The position numbers and the translations under genes were made by a program. A DNA stretch of 64,000 bases. Source: Candidatus Caldarchaeum sp. (lineage in GTDB: Archaea; Thermoproteota; Nitrososphaeria_A; Caldarchaeales; Caldarchaeaceae). The stretch spans positions 122,172 through 186,171 of the forward strand of contig JAWBKB010000001.1 of assembly GCA_038831915.1 (NCBI GenBank), read 5' to 3'. Every line of letters starts with the position of its first letter. Position 1 is the first letter of the stretch. Positions 50,386 to 60,511 of this stretch are shown here, piece by piece. The notes below the pieces were generated by a model that saw only the letters and a program-made list of their open reading frames with translations, did not search any database and was not told the DNA's origin.

Positions 50386-51951
50386 AACAGCCAGAGGTTT
50401 CAAGTCTTTTAATTGTTCGGCCTCGGTGAAGGGTAGCTTAACCAAAAGGCCGCCGTTGAAAAATTTTGTCAAGTCCCGTGCTTCCGAAGCCTTTGAACAG
50501 CTCACGTTGATGGAATAATGCCTGTTTTCAGCAAGATGTTCAACTTGGCGGACACCGTATAAATGGATGTCAGTTCGTTTGAATCGTTCGGCTGCTTTTT
50601 CGCTGGATTTGCTCGCCAGAAGCATCGTAATATCTTCGCTGATGCTTCTACATTCTGAAGAGGTTTCTGCAAACAGCTCCGAGCGGCTGATGCCCGTCTT
50701 TGAAAAAATCTCCTCAACACCGACCATCGAAATGATGAACTGCTTGTTTTCGACCCGCCAAAACTTCCCTATGTAAGAGTTTTTCCGCAAGAACGCGGTG
50801 TAAATTGATTCGATGCATGCCGCAAGTTCGTCCCAAAACTTCCTTTCCATTCCCGCCGCGTTCAAAAAAACATTAACAAGGTTTATCGATGCTTTTCCAA
50901 TTATTGCAGACGAGCCGTCAAACGGATGACCGTCCGATGTGGTTGGCCCTGTGTTCAAAATGAGTTGAACTTCTCTCTGAGCAGGTTTAATAATCTTTTC
51001 ATATGATGCAAGGACGCGGGCCCTGACTGCCAAGCCAACAAGAGACACATCACCCGAAAAATACAAAGTGGGTATCTTCCCTCTAAAACTTAAACATTCT
51101 ATAATCCAGCTCAGATTGCAGTCTTCGAGGTCTGGGTCTTTAAACACCGTCTCAACTTCGACCGCGTCCATTTCACGAACAGCGGACTTCAATTCATCCT
51201 CAAAATAGATTCGCGAGTACACGCTGAAAGCCCATGTTTCCAAGCCTTCGAAATCAATTTGTCCCGAATAATATCGTGCTGCTATTTCCTGTGGAAGCAT
51301 TTTGCTCAATACGTATTCTTTGAAGACGGCTGACGCGACGTTCGAAGTCAACGTGCTGAAGCTCGCCTTTGTCGAATTTTCTTCTAAAAGCTTGTCGAGG
51401 TCCGCTATAGGTAATCCAAGCCTAATCAACCTGTTGCGGTATTCGGTCATCCCTTGTTCAACCAAGTAAACGTTTACCAACTCACGGATGAGAGATGACG
51501 TCAAACCATCAATTTTCAATTCTTCGAGCCTTTCTTCTACCGCTCGTGCGATTTTGTCGGCGGTTTTCGCAGGCATGCCGGCCTCCTCAATCAGAACCTT
51601 TGAAATTTTGTTTCGGTCAAAATCTTCCAAAACAAGGTTGGATCTTTTCACTTTCATGCCTTTTGATTCCAGTACAAATGAACGCATTTCCTTTAACATC
51701 CTAACCACTTGATTGCCTTTCGGCGTCAGTTCATACAGCTTACTTTCTCCATTAATCCTCACCAACCCCGTGGCGAAAAGCATCCTTAGGTGGTGCGCAA
51801 ACTTCCCAGAACCTGTTTTCTTGTCCATTCCAGCCACACGCATTAACTCCGTGTAGTTGAGAGGCTGCTTCTCCAACGCTTTCAATATGTTTATTCTTGC
51901 CGGTGACGCGAGAGATTTGAAAATCTTCAATTCATCAAATGAATCACTCAT
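50374..51951 (-). CDS. ArsR-type HTH + ATP-cone + degenerate class III RNR (NrdD)-like domain
   Basis: FKSLASPARINIL..AHHLRML..YELT; VKRS..EDFDRNKI..LIRELVN (ATP-cone); KEYVL..LP..SGQI; no C-terminal RxxGY or CxxC. Confidence 0.78.
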   Translation of the reverse strand: MSDSFDELKIFKSLASPARINILKALEKQPLNYTELMRVAGMDKKTGSGKFAHHLRMLFATGLVRINGESKLYELTPKGNQVVRMLKEMRSFVLESKGMKVKRSNLVLEDFDRNKISKVLIEEAGMPAKTADKIARAVEERLEELKIDGLTSSLIRELVNVYLVEQGMTEYRNRLIRLGLPIADLDKLLEENSTKASFSTLTSNVASAVFKEYVLSKMLPQEIAARYYSGQIDFEGLETWAFSVYSRIYFEDELKSAVREMDAVEVETVFKDPDLEDCNLSWIIECLSFRGKIPTLYFSGDVSLVGLAVRARVLASYEKIIKPAQREVQLILNTGPTTSDGHPFDGSSAIIGKASINLVNVFLNAAGMERKFWDELAACIESIYTAFLRKNSYIGKFWRVENKQFIISMVGVEEIFSKTGISRSELFAETSSECRSISEDITMLLASKSSEKAAERFKRTDIHLYGVRQVEHLAENRHYSINVSCSKASEARDLTKFFNGGLLVKLPFTEAEQLKDLKPLAVLTF

Positions 51952-52033
51952 ACCTACAACTATCCGTGAATCTTTTCGGCTGCTTATTGGCTTATCGTTA
52001 CAGTTTTAAATAAATCCATCACGTCAAACACCC

Positions 52034-52957
52034 GTGCCACGCATTAGTCGCTTCCTCGAAATAGGAGACTTCAGCCCAAAAGAACTCGACATGGTTGTGA
52101 AGACCGCGATGAAATGGCGGAAACAAGGCTATCCCAAGACGAAACCATTAACGGGGAAGAATGTTGCGTTGATTTTCCAAAAGCCTTCCACGCGTACCCG
52201 TGTTTCGTTTCAGGCGGCGGTAGCGAAGCTCGGCGGCGATTCGATGTACTTAGGTGCTGGGGAGCTTCAGATGGGACGAGGTGAATCTGTGGAGGACACT
52301 GGCAAGGTTTTAGCACGATACGTCGACTGCATCGTAGCACGTGTATTTAGCCACAACGACTTGTTAGAGCTCAGCAAAAACGGCAAAATTCCCGTTATCA
52401 ATGCTTTGAGCGATAAACATCATCCCTGTCAAGCTCTCGCCGACATTATGACGATCTACATGTATGCGAAAAAGCCTTACGAAGCTAAAGTAGCTTTTAT
52501 CGGAGACGGTAACAACGTCTGTGTATCGTTGATGCAGGCATGCGCATCTATAGGAATTGACATCACAATCGCATCGCCTTCTGGATTCAGTCCACCCGAA
52601 GAAGAGGTTGGTAAGGCGCGGAAGAGAGCTGATGAAACAGGCTCATCAGTAGTAATAACCGATGACCCGTTCGAGGCGGTGTCGAACGCCGACTTTGTGT
52701 ACACCGATGTTTTTGTATCTATGGGACAGGAAGCCGAAAAAGAGAAGCGACTGGCCGCTTTTCTTCCACGCTATCAGGTCAACACGGCTTTGATGAAGCA
52801 CGCAAAGCCATCTGCGAAATTCATGCATTGCATGCCGATGCATCTAAACGAAGAAGTAACTCCCGAAGTGGCGTACGGGCCTCAGTCCGTAATTTACGAC
52901 CAGGCTGAAAACAGAATGCATACGCAAGCGGCGTTGCTTAAATTTCTGCTGACGTAG
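52034..52957 (+). CDS. argF: Ornithine carbamoyltransferase
   Basis: KPSTRTRVSF, HPCQALAD, GDGNNV, YTDVFVSMG, HCMP, QAENR. Confidence 0.96.
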   Translation: MPRISRFLEIGDFSPKELDMVVKTAMKWRKQGYPKTKPLTGKNVALIFQKPSTRTRVSFQAAVAKLGGDSMYLGAGELQMGRGESVEDTGKVLARYVDCIVARVFSHNDLLELSKNGKIPVINALSDKHHPCQALADIMTIYMYAKKPYEAKVAFIGDGNNVCVSLMQACASIGIDITIASPSGFSPPEEEVGKARKRADETGSSVVITDDPFEAVSNADFVYTDVFVSMGQEAEKEKRLAAFLPRYQVNTALMKHAKPSAKFMHCMPMHLNEEVTPEVAYGPQSVIYDQAENRMHTQAALLKFLLT

Positions 52958-52979
52958 GGCTGGCGAACAGTATAAATGG

Positions 52980-53171
52980 GTGTATCGTCAATCTCCTGCC
53001 GTGGGTTTAGTAAGCTTCCTAAAGTCTGCCGTGACCATGCTAAAGATGGCGCGGAAACCGTCCTCCAAAGAATACACTATCACTCTCAGAATAACTCTTC
53101 TCGGCCTGGCCATCATCGGGATAATTACTTTCCTGATAAGGTTTCTGGCCCTGGCTTTCCAGCCAGCTTGA
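52980..53171 (+). CDS. secE: Protein translocase SecE/Sec61-gamma
   Basis: LKMARKPSSKEY followed by TM (GLAIIGIITFLI); located before spt5. Confidence 0.88.
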   Translation: MYRQSPAVGLVSFLKSAVTMLKMARKPSSKEYTITLRITLLGLAIIGIITFLIRFLALAFQPA

Positions 53172-53235
53172 CCCTGTGTTCTTTAAGGTTTTATAACTGA
53201 CTCGCAGCTCGTTGATTAGCTTGAGCACATCTGAA

Positions 53236-54120
53236 ATGAAGTATTTCGCAATCAAGACGACGGTCGGACAAGAAAGGGCCGTGGCCAACGTTCTCGAAGC
53301 GAGGTTTCATGGAATTTTTCTCGATAACGTCGGTGAAATCAAAACATCAATCACGATAACGGACAAAGTTCACGCAGCCGTGGTCTTTTCCTCACCCAAA
53401 ACCACGACGTTTGAAACAGCCTCAGTTTACATCGCAAAAAAAGGAGAGCCGACAGAGCCCTTACACGCAAAAATAACCGAATTCAACGACCAGACAGGTA
53501 TAGGAACGGAAGTATTAGGCGAGGGAGTTTACGACCCCTTGCTACTCAAAACAGAGGGATGGGCCGAAATTGTTCTTAGAAAACCGGTCAAGTTGAAGAG
53601 GGGAGCGAAATATGCCTTCATGCTATTTAAGACGGTTGAGGAGGATGCGGGCTACGAATGGTTCTGCGGTGAACGCAAAATAGAAGAAATCGAAGCAAAA
53701 CTCTTCAAAGACCAGGAATGGACTACCCTAGACCACATTCCCTTTTTCAAGTTTTTAGAAAAGCCGGTTATTGCATCCATCGCTATTCTTCCAGCGTTGA
53801 AAGGCTATGTCTTCATCGAAGCAAGTTCACGAGAAGCTATAATCGACGCTTTGCAGAACATCCGTCATGTAAAGGCGAGGCCTCCCATGCCTGTCAAACT
53901 CGAAACCATCAGTCCTCACCTCATCGAAAAACCCTTGATCGACGTTATCACGCCGGGTCAGATCGTTGAAATCGTGGCAGGGCCTTTAAAAGGCATAACA
54001 GGCAAAGTGATCAGGGTAGAGAAGTCAAGGCGTGAAGTTACGCTGGAACTGCGGGAGGCGGCTTTCCAGCTGCCGATATCTGTTTCGATAGACGCTGTCA
54101 GACCTTTGGAAAAGTCTTGA
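53236..54120 (+). CDS. spt5: Transcription elongation factor Spt5 with ~150-aa insertion
   Basis: FAIKTTVGQE..LEAR [insert] IASI..LKGYVFIEA; KOW GQIVEIVAGPLKG; secE-spt5-rpl11 context. Confidence 0.92.
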   Translation: MKYFAIKTTVGQERAVANVLEARFHGIFLDNVGEIKTSITITDKVHAAVVFSSPKTTTFETASVYIAKKGEPTEPLHAKITEFNDQTGIGTEVLGEGVYDPLLLKTEGWAEIVLRKPVKLKRGAKYAFMLFKTVEEDAGYEWFCGERKIEEIEAKLFKDQEWTTLDHIPFFKFLEKPVIASIAILPALKGYVFIEASSREAIIDALQNIRHVKARPPMPVKLETISPHLIEKPLIDVITPGQIVEIVAGPLKGITGKVIRVEKSRREVTLELREAAFQLPISVSIDAVRPLEKS

Positions 54121-54171
54121 GACAGCGTCAAAACAGGTTTATGAATTACCTCGGTCGAAACGGTTCCAGGC

Positions 54172-54660
54172 ATGGGTGAAAAAACTTTCAGGTTTCTCGT
54201 CGAAGGCGGTAAGGTAACCGCGGGGCCTCCGCTCGGCCCTGCTTTAGGGCCTTTAGGGCTGAACGTTTTAGCCGTTGCCGAAGAAGCCAACAAGCTTACA
54301 AAGGAATTCATGGGCATGCGGGTTCCCATCGAAATAAAAGTCGACACAGACACCAAAAAATTCGAAGTAAAGGTCGGCACACCCAGCACATCTGCGTTAC
54401 TTGCAAGCGCTGCCGGAGTTCAGAAAGGAAGCGGAACCGCCGGTAAAGACTATGCGGGAGACCTCAAAATGTCCGACATCGTCAGAATCGCTGAAACCAA
54501 GAGGGTGGAGCTTCGGTCAAAAACTCTTAAAGCCGCAGTTAAGGAAATACTTGGTTCTTGCGTCAGTATGGGGATAAAAGTTGAAGGGAAAGACCCCAAA
54601 GAGGTTGTGAAGATGGTCGACCAAGGTAAGTATGATGAATTGTTGGGTGAAGCGGAATGA
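54172..54660 (+). CDS. rpl11: 50S ribosomal protein L11
   Basis: GGKVTAGPPLGPALGPLG, GSCVSMG. Confidence 0.97.
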   Translation: MGEKTFRFLVEGGKVTAGPPLGPALGPLGLNVLAVAEEANKLTKEFMGMRVPIEIKVDTDTKKFEVKVGTPSTSALLASAAGVQKGSGTAGKDYAGDLKMSDIVRIAETKRVELRSKTLKAAVKEILGSCVSMGIKVEGKDPKEVVKMVDQGKYDELLGEAE

Positions 54661-55316
54661 TGCGAGCAACGTTGAGCAGGCTTCTCGATGCCGTGAAAAA
54701 AGCCAAAGAGAGCAGCAGAGAATCGAAATTTAAACAGTCGGTCGAAATGGTTGTCAACATTACCGGAGTTGATTTGACCAAACCACAGAATAGGTTTTCC
54801 GAAGTCGTGGAGCTGCCAAATGACTTGGGAAGGAAGAAAAGGAAAATTCTTGTAATCGCTTCTGGAAACCTCGCCCTCGAAGCAAGCCGAACTTCTGGAG
54901 TTGCCAGGGTTCTTCAGAGAGAGGAACTTGAAGCCTTAGTTGGAAGGAAAAAGGAAGCAAAGAAAATCGCTTCTGAATATGATTTTGTCTTAGTTGAGCC
55001 TTCGTTGATGGCGTTGGCTGCGAGGGCGCTTGGAGCTGCTATGGGTCCGAGGGGTAAAACCCCGATTCCCATTCCACCTGGCTCTGATATAGCGAAGCTG
55101 GTCAAAAGATATTCCAACAGCGTACAGCTCAACTTACGAAAATCTCCGCAGGTAGCGTGTCTTGTCGGCTTGGAAGAAGACCCCGACGAAAAAATCGCGG
55201 AAAATGCCGAAACAGTGCTGAACAGGATAGTTGAAAAGCTTGAGAAAAAACAGAAAAACGTCGCAAGCGTCTACATCAAAACAACGCGTGGGAAACCAGT
55301 CAAAATCGAACTTTAA
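54657..55316 (+). CDS. rpl1: 50S ribosomal protein L1
   Basis: KFKQSVE, GPRGK, IKTTRGKP. Confidence 0.95.
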   Translation: MMRATLSRLLDAVKKAKESSRESKFKQSVEMVVNITGVDLTKPQNRFSEVVELPNDLGRKKRKILVIASGNLALEASRTSGVARVLQREELEALVGRKKEAKKIASEYDFVLVEPSLMALAARALGAAMGPRGKTPIPIPPGSDIAKLVKRYSNSVQLNLRKSPQVACLVGLEEDPDEKIAENAETVLNRIVEKLEKKQKNVASVYIKTTRGKPVKIEL

Positions 55317-55373
55317 AAGATACATTATTTAATAGGCGTTGCAAAGCGGTAAGAAAGTTGGAGTGTTGAAGAC

Positions 55374-56237
55374 ATGGCGGTCAAAGCTGTCACTCGACCA
55401 AGCATCAGAAAGAAATCAAAGCTCGTTGAAGAAGTAGCCAAGCTCATGGAAAAATATGGAGTCGTGGCTGTTTTCGACCTTACCGGAACAAGGGCCAACA
55501 CAGTTCACGAAATGCGTAAAAAACTAAGAGGAGTATGCGAAATAAGAATTCTGAAGAAAACGCTCTTCGCAAAGGCATGCAAACTCGCCAACAAGCCAGA
55601 GCTTGAAAAGCTCGTCGAAGACATCAAAAAACCTGTTGGGTTTATTTTTAGCGGGATAAACAGTTTCAAATTAGCCCTCACCCTCGATAAGAACAAAGTT
55701 CCCATGCATGCGAAAGCAGGTGAGAAAGCAGATTTCGACGTTTGGGTTCCTGAAACTAACACGGGGCTGCCTCCCGGCCCAATTTTAAGCGACTTCGGCA
55801 AACTGAAAATTCCGACCCGAATCGAAGGCGGACAGGTTTGGATAGCCAAGGATACTCTTGTAGCGAAGAAAGGTGACGAAATTTCTCAGCTTCTTGCGAG
55901 CCTGCTCGTGAAACTCGACATCAAAGCGGTTTTACGAGGTATTAACCTCATTAAAGCATATGAAGACGGCGTCATAGTCAAGGCCGAAGACCTCGTCATC
56001 GACCCGGTGAAGAAAGTACAAGAGCTTTCGATAGCAGCTTCGACAGCGCTCAGCTTTGCCGTAAACATCTCCTATACAACCAAGGAGACTTTGCCGTTGC
56101 TCATCGGCAAAGCGTGGACACAGGCAAGAGCCTTGTCAGTGGAAGCTGGCTACTACACCGCGGAAACCGTGCCACTGATGTTGGTGAAGGCACAGGCCGA
56201 GTCAGCGGCTTTGGCGAGAGCCGCTGGCCTGTCTTAA
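55374..56237 (+). CDS. rpl10: 50S ribosomal protein L10 (P0)
   Basis: EMRKKLR, AKAGEKA, TGLPPGP, IPTRIEGG. Confidence 0.95.
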   Translation: MAVKAVTRPSIRKKSKLVEEVAKLMEKYGVVAVFDLTGTRANTVHEMRKKLRGVCEIRILKKTLFAKACKLANKPELEKLVEDIKKPVGFIFSGINSFKLALTLDKNKVPMHAKAGEKADFDVWVPETNTGLPPGPILSDFGKLKIPTRIEGGQVWIAKDTLVAKKGDEISQLLASLLVKLDIKAVLRGINLIKAYEDGVIVKAEDLVIDPVKKVQELSIAASTALSFAVNISYTTKETLPLLIGKAWTQARALSVEAGYYTAETVPLMLVKAQAESAALARAAGLS

Positions 56238-58937
56238 AAATTTCTCAAGCTCAGGAATTACAGATATGAGACTGTCGCGCTCAGCAGCTCCCCTTCCTAG
56301 CGAATCACTGCCTCCTCCGCCACCGCCGGCAGCCAACAATACTTTCCTTAAGAAATCGCCAGCGACAACACCTAGAGAAATGGCCGGGTCGTTCGCAACG
56401 CAGACAACTTTGGCCGACGGAGAACCGGCGTAGACAAAAGCAACTGCCGGTCTTTCGGTCTTAACCGTTTCCGCGGCGAGCTTAACCAAGTAGTCGTAGT
56501 CGTCAAAATCTTCCTCCGAAACATAGAGCAAAATCTTGTCGACGGTTAGGGCGACGCTTCTAATTTCAGCTGCTCGGTAGGTGATGTATTTGTCAAAAAG
56601 CTGTTTAGTTGTTTTGCGCATTTGCCGAAGTTCTTCGATGATTTCATCTGTTTTCTTCACAGTTTCTTCGACGGGGGAGTTGAGCTTTTTCGCGATGCTG
56701 TGAATCATGTCTTCGAGCTCCTGATATCTTGTAAGGCTAGTAGGCCCTGCTGTGAAAATGATTCTCTCTACTCCGTCTTGAATTCTTTCCGTTTCCACGA
56801 TTTTGATGATGCCGATGTCTTCAGTGTTTTCGCAGTGAATTCCGCCGCATGCTTCAGCGTCCCATCCCGGAATCTCTACGACTCTTATTTCGCCTAGTGG
56901 AACTTCCCCGCCCTGGTAGAGGCCAAAGCCGTATCTTTCCTCGGCTTCGTTACGGTTCATCCAACTTATTTTGACCGGAATCCTTCTGGCCACAACTTTG
57001 TTGGCGAGGTTCTCTATGGCTTTTACTTGCTCTGGTGTCAGTCGCTTGTGATGATGAATGTCAAGCCTCCCTTTGTCAGGCTCTTTCCGTGCACCAGCCT
57101 GCCACGCATGTTTGCCCAAAACCCTTCGAGCCGCTCCGAGCAGAACATGAGTAGCGGTATGATGTCGGACGATAGCTAGTCTTCGCTCCATGTCGACGTA
57201 TCCTTCAACTTCATCACCAACCTGTGGAACAGGTCCTTCGACCCGATGTAGGATAACGTCACCGATGATTTTCGTGTCGACGATGTTGCACACCTTTCCA
57301 CCGAACACCAAGGTTCCTGTGTCTCCCACCGCGCCTCCGCTTTCGGGATAAAACAGTGTCGAATCGAGTATCACGTAGTCGTCTTGAACACCTATGACTT
57401 TTGCGTGGAACGTAAAATTCATCGGCTGCTCGTAATATAATTTGTGAGTGGGCTGATACTGCGAAACATCGATAGGAGCTGCCTCCGCTTTTTGCGGCTT
57501 CTCTCTCAAATGTCGTGAAGCTACGAGCTCGTAAAAGTTCTCCGGCACGTTTACTTCTACTCCGTGCTGAGCAGCAATATCTGCAACGATGTCAGGCGTA
57601 ATTCCATGGTCATCGTAGTATTGAACAAGCTTCTCAACCGGAACTTTTTTCAGGTCTTTAATTTCACGAGCAATGGCTTTAGTCCCACGACTAATGGTTT
57701 CTTTGAATTTGTTGATTTCATGCTCAACTATTTCAAGAACTTCATCACGCATCTCTCCCAGGTGCGGAAAATCTTTCTTCCAGAAGCCGATCTGCATGTC
57801 TATCAAGTCGAGAAGTCTGTCCTCGGCTCTTAGTGACATCAGCACTCGGTAAGCCCTTCTGATGAGAAGCCGTGCTAGGTAGCCTGTTTTAACGTTGCTG
57901 GGAACCACTCCTTCGGCGATGATGAAAGTGATGGCTTTGCTGTAGTCGAGCGAGCGGTAGACTTTTTCATATGGCTCGATGAGTTGCTTAACTTCTCTCA
58001 AATCAAGACCTGAATAAGTAGCTACTTTTCTACGAATTTCTTCAACTGTCATATTTGCTTTCGGCACGACTAGTCCCGTGTATTTCGCGTATTGGATAAG
58101 CATGTCTTCAGGGGGCCTGTTTACAGGCAAGAGCTCGCGAACCTTCCCGAGTAAATCGCCGTAAATCGCGTCGAAGGCACTTGGTTTACGCTGGGTAAAC
58201 CACGCCAACCTTTCTATGCCGTAACCTGTGTCCACTGTTTTGATTAGTGTTTCAACCCGTTCACCGTCGAGAGTCTTGAATTGCATGAAGACAAGCGTGG
58301 CTAGCTCCAGCCCGCCCGAAATCACCTCCAAGCAAGGGCCTTCATTTCCTCCTCCAGCCCACCAAGACTCCTTGTAAGAAATCTCGTCTGCGGGAACACC
58401 GATTACTTTCGTCATGAACTCATGACAGTACTCTGTTGTTTCGGTTTTCCAGTAAATTTTCTTGTCGAGGTAATTAAATGCGTGATGTCCTCCCATTTCA
58501 AAAACTGTTAGGTGACGGCCGAAGGTGAGCCCGATTTTGTCTAGGTCGACGAGCCTGGCGCAGGGTTGACTTATCACCAACGGGTTGGCTGGAGGCGGTG
58601 CGATTCCATTGGTGACCCAAGGCTGAAAATCAACGATGGATGCATCAGTCAGGTACAGGTCTGTTCGCCATCTCGCAACGATGGGATAAGGCCTTATCGG
58701 CGTGTGACCTCGTTCAGCGAAAAAATCTATGAATGCTTTCCGAGCATCACTGACGGACAAAACCACTTTGGATAGTCTTTTTTCGAGAAAACTGTAGGCC
58801 ACGCATGGTGATTCGCCGCATGTTTCCGCGTCTTGGTTAAGCGTCCAGAAGAATTCTCCGCAGACCGGGCATTGGTTTCTCGTGAAGGAGTTGTTTAGGA
58901 AAAAGTCCAGCCTGTATTCGTTGGGGTCGTATGGCAT
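56202..58937 (-). CDS. alaS: Alanyl-tRNA synthetase
   Basis: CGESPC, ASIVDFQP, FEMGGHHAFN, DTGYGIER, HHTATH, ACGGIH. Confidence 0.97.
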   Translation of the reverse strand: MPYDPNEYRLDFFLNNSFTRNQCPVCGEFFWTLNQDAETCGESPCVAYSFLEKRLSKVVLSVSDARKAFIDFFAERGHTPIRPYPIVARWRTDLYLTDASIVDFQPWVTNGIAPPPANPLVISQPCARLVDLDKIGLTFGRHLTVFEMGGHHAFNYLDKKIYWKTETTEYCHEFMTKVIGVPADEISYKESWWAGGGNEGPCLEVISGGLELATLVFMQFKTLDGERVETLIKTVDTGYGIERLAWFTQRKPSAFDAIYGDLLGKVRELLPVNRPPEDMLIQYAKYTGLVVPKANMTVEEIRRKVATYSGLDLREVKQLIEPYEKVYRSLDYSKAITFIIAEGVVPSNVKTGYLARLLIRRAYRVLMSLRAEDRLLDLIDMQIGFWKKDFPHLGEMRDEVLEIVEHEINKFKETISRGTKAIAREIKDLKKVPVEKLVQYYDDHGITPDIVADIAAQHGVEVNVPENFYELVASRHLREKPQKAEAAPIDVSQYQPTHKLYYEQPMNFTFHAKVIGVQDDYVILDSTLFYPESGGAVGDTGTLVFGGKVCNIVDTKIIGDVILHRVEGPVPQVGDEVEGYVDMERRLAIVRHHTATHVLLGAARRVLGKHAWQAGARKEPDKGRLDIHHHKRLTPEQVKAIENLANKVVARRIPVKISWMNRNEAEERYGFGLYQGGEVPLGEIRVVEIPGWDAEACGGIHCENTEDIGIIKIVETERIQDGVERIIFTAGPTSLTRYQELEDMIHSIAKKLNSPVEETVKKTDEIIEELRQMRKTTKQLFDKYITYRAAEIRSVALTVDKILLYVSEEDFDDYDYLVKLAAETVKTERPAVAFVYAGSPSAKVVCVANDPAISLGVVAGDFLRKVLLAAGGGGGGSDSLGRGAAERDSLISVIPELEKFLRQASGSRQSR

Positions 58938-58987
58938 TAGTCTGGCACCGTTGTTTATTGCAATACGACGGGTTTAAATTTAAACCG

Positions 58988-60511
58988 TTAGTAAACGCGG
59001 AGGTTCTTGGAGGTCCAGCGGGAGACTGCTAACACAGCCGCAGAAGCCATGAAAACGTAGGATATTAGGAAAAATGGCAATAGGGGAGGAGGGTTGTCGA
59101 CGAAGGGCTCGAACAGCCTCGCGACAAGTATGGGGAGCGACAGAATTTGAGACCCTACGAGAGGCACGATTACAAGAAAGACTGATGTCAGCGAGAACGG
59201 TGAAGGAATTTTCTTAAGAGATGTGGAGATCACCAATGCAAAGAAGGAGCCAAACAGCGAAGAACAGATGACAAGCATGTAGTCTAGATAGACGAGGGTC
59301 GCGGGACCTGACAAAAGGAAAACCGCTGCTATCATGGCTGTTGAAAACACTGATGAAACGATCACATAAGCGAGCAGAAGAGATGCGGCATATGTTTTGA
59401 GGTCGTGGACAGACAGATGCAACATCCATAAGTTGTTCCGCTCCGTCAAAACCCAGTTAATGGATAACAGCGCTGGTATGAGGGGAGTGTACAATGAGAC
59501 AACCGTGATGTATGATGCTTCGATGGTCGCCGTCACCGAAAGAGCTTGCGGGAGAAAAGAATTCACATACACGAGCAACAAAAGTACAAAGGTGGTTATC
59601 CACAGGCTTCCGTCACGTAGAAACCGTGTCAAATGAATTTTCAGAAGCAAAAGCAATGGCCCGTCTTCAGGCCTCATTCCGGTGACTTTTGAAAGTGAAG
59701 TGGGTATTTTCACTAAATTGAGAATTTTCTTCGGTTGGTCTGTCAGAACATGTGTAAGGACTGGCGCAAGGCCTGAGTAATCCAGTTTGCCCGACATCTT
59801 GAAGTACAGGACGGCCAAGCAACCGAAATAGACGAGAACGACCACCGTGTGGTAGCTATCTCGCATGACCTGCATCATGATGTTTACGGGCAGCATCAAG
59901 TCTTTGAGTCCTGGAAGCCATCCCAAAAACAAATCGAGAAGAGGAAGCAGTATTGAGAGCGTCAAAACACCGCCTAACGTAAACACGGCTTTCCTACTGA
60001 CCCAGTTACGGGCCATTCCGAGAATATGGCTCAGCAATATAGCTGAAAGAATACTTGCTTCAATAATTGGAAATATGTCGAACAGGTTTTTCGCATGTCG
60101 CGGAAACGTGAGCACCGTGACCATCACCGCGGACGCTGGTAAAGAAAATAGGTTGAGAAAGATGAATTGGAAGAGGAAATCGGATATGAGATATGTTCGG
60201 GGCCTGACAGTTGAAGTGAAAACATATTCCACTTCATAGCTGAGTGCCGTTATGCCTCCCTTCATGCCTAGGAAGACTCCCACCGAGAGGATACTAGCGA
60301 CCAGCAATGGTTTCAGAGCTGTGACGAAATCATCCAGCAATGCACCGACCGAAATTCCGTAAATCCGAAGCATTAACGCGACGAATCCAACCACAAGAAT
60401 CCAAGTCAAGTAGAAAAGTGCGGATGACAGAGATTGAGCAATGGATGTCCCGGCTGTCCCGAGATAATGCTTGACCTTAATTCGCAGAAGTTCAATTATC
60501 AACATGGTCAA
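58988..60511 (-). CDS. Multi-TM ABC exporter permease
   Basis: About 12 TM; overlaps an ABC ATPase gene. Confidence 0.75.
   Translation of the reverse strand: MTMLIIELLRIKVKHYLGTAGTSIAQSLSSALFYLTWILVVGFVALMLRIYGISVGALLDDFVTALKPLLVASILSVGVFLGMKGGITALSYEVEYVFTSTVRPRTYLISDFLFQFIFLNLFSLPASAVMVTVLTFPRHAKNLFDIFPIIEASILSAILLSHILGMARNWVSRKAVFTLGGVLTLSILLPLLDLFLGWLPGLKDLMLPVNIMMQVMRDSYHTVVVLVYFGCLAVLYFKMSGKLDYSGLAPVLTHVLTDQPKKILNLVKIPTSLSKVTGMRPEDGPLLLLLKIHLTRFLRDGSLWITTFVLLLLVYVNSFLPQALSVTATIEASYITVVSLYTPLIPALLSINWVLTERNNLWMLHLSVHDLKTYAASLLLAYVIVSSVFSTAMIAAVFLLSGPATLVYLDYMLVICSSLFGSFFALVISTSLKKIPSPFSLTSVFLVIVPLVGSQILSLPILVARLFEPFVDNPPPLLPFFLISYVFMASAAVLAVSRWTSKNLRVY

Noticed and set aside
53305-53763. 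Intein or intron in spt5
   Set aside because: No N-terminal Cys/Ser block, no His-Asn C-terminus, no LAGLIDADG motif; the frame stays open and I saw no obvious bulge-helix-bulge.
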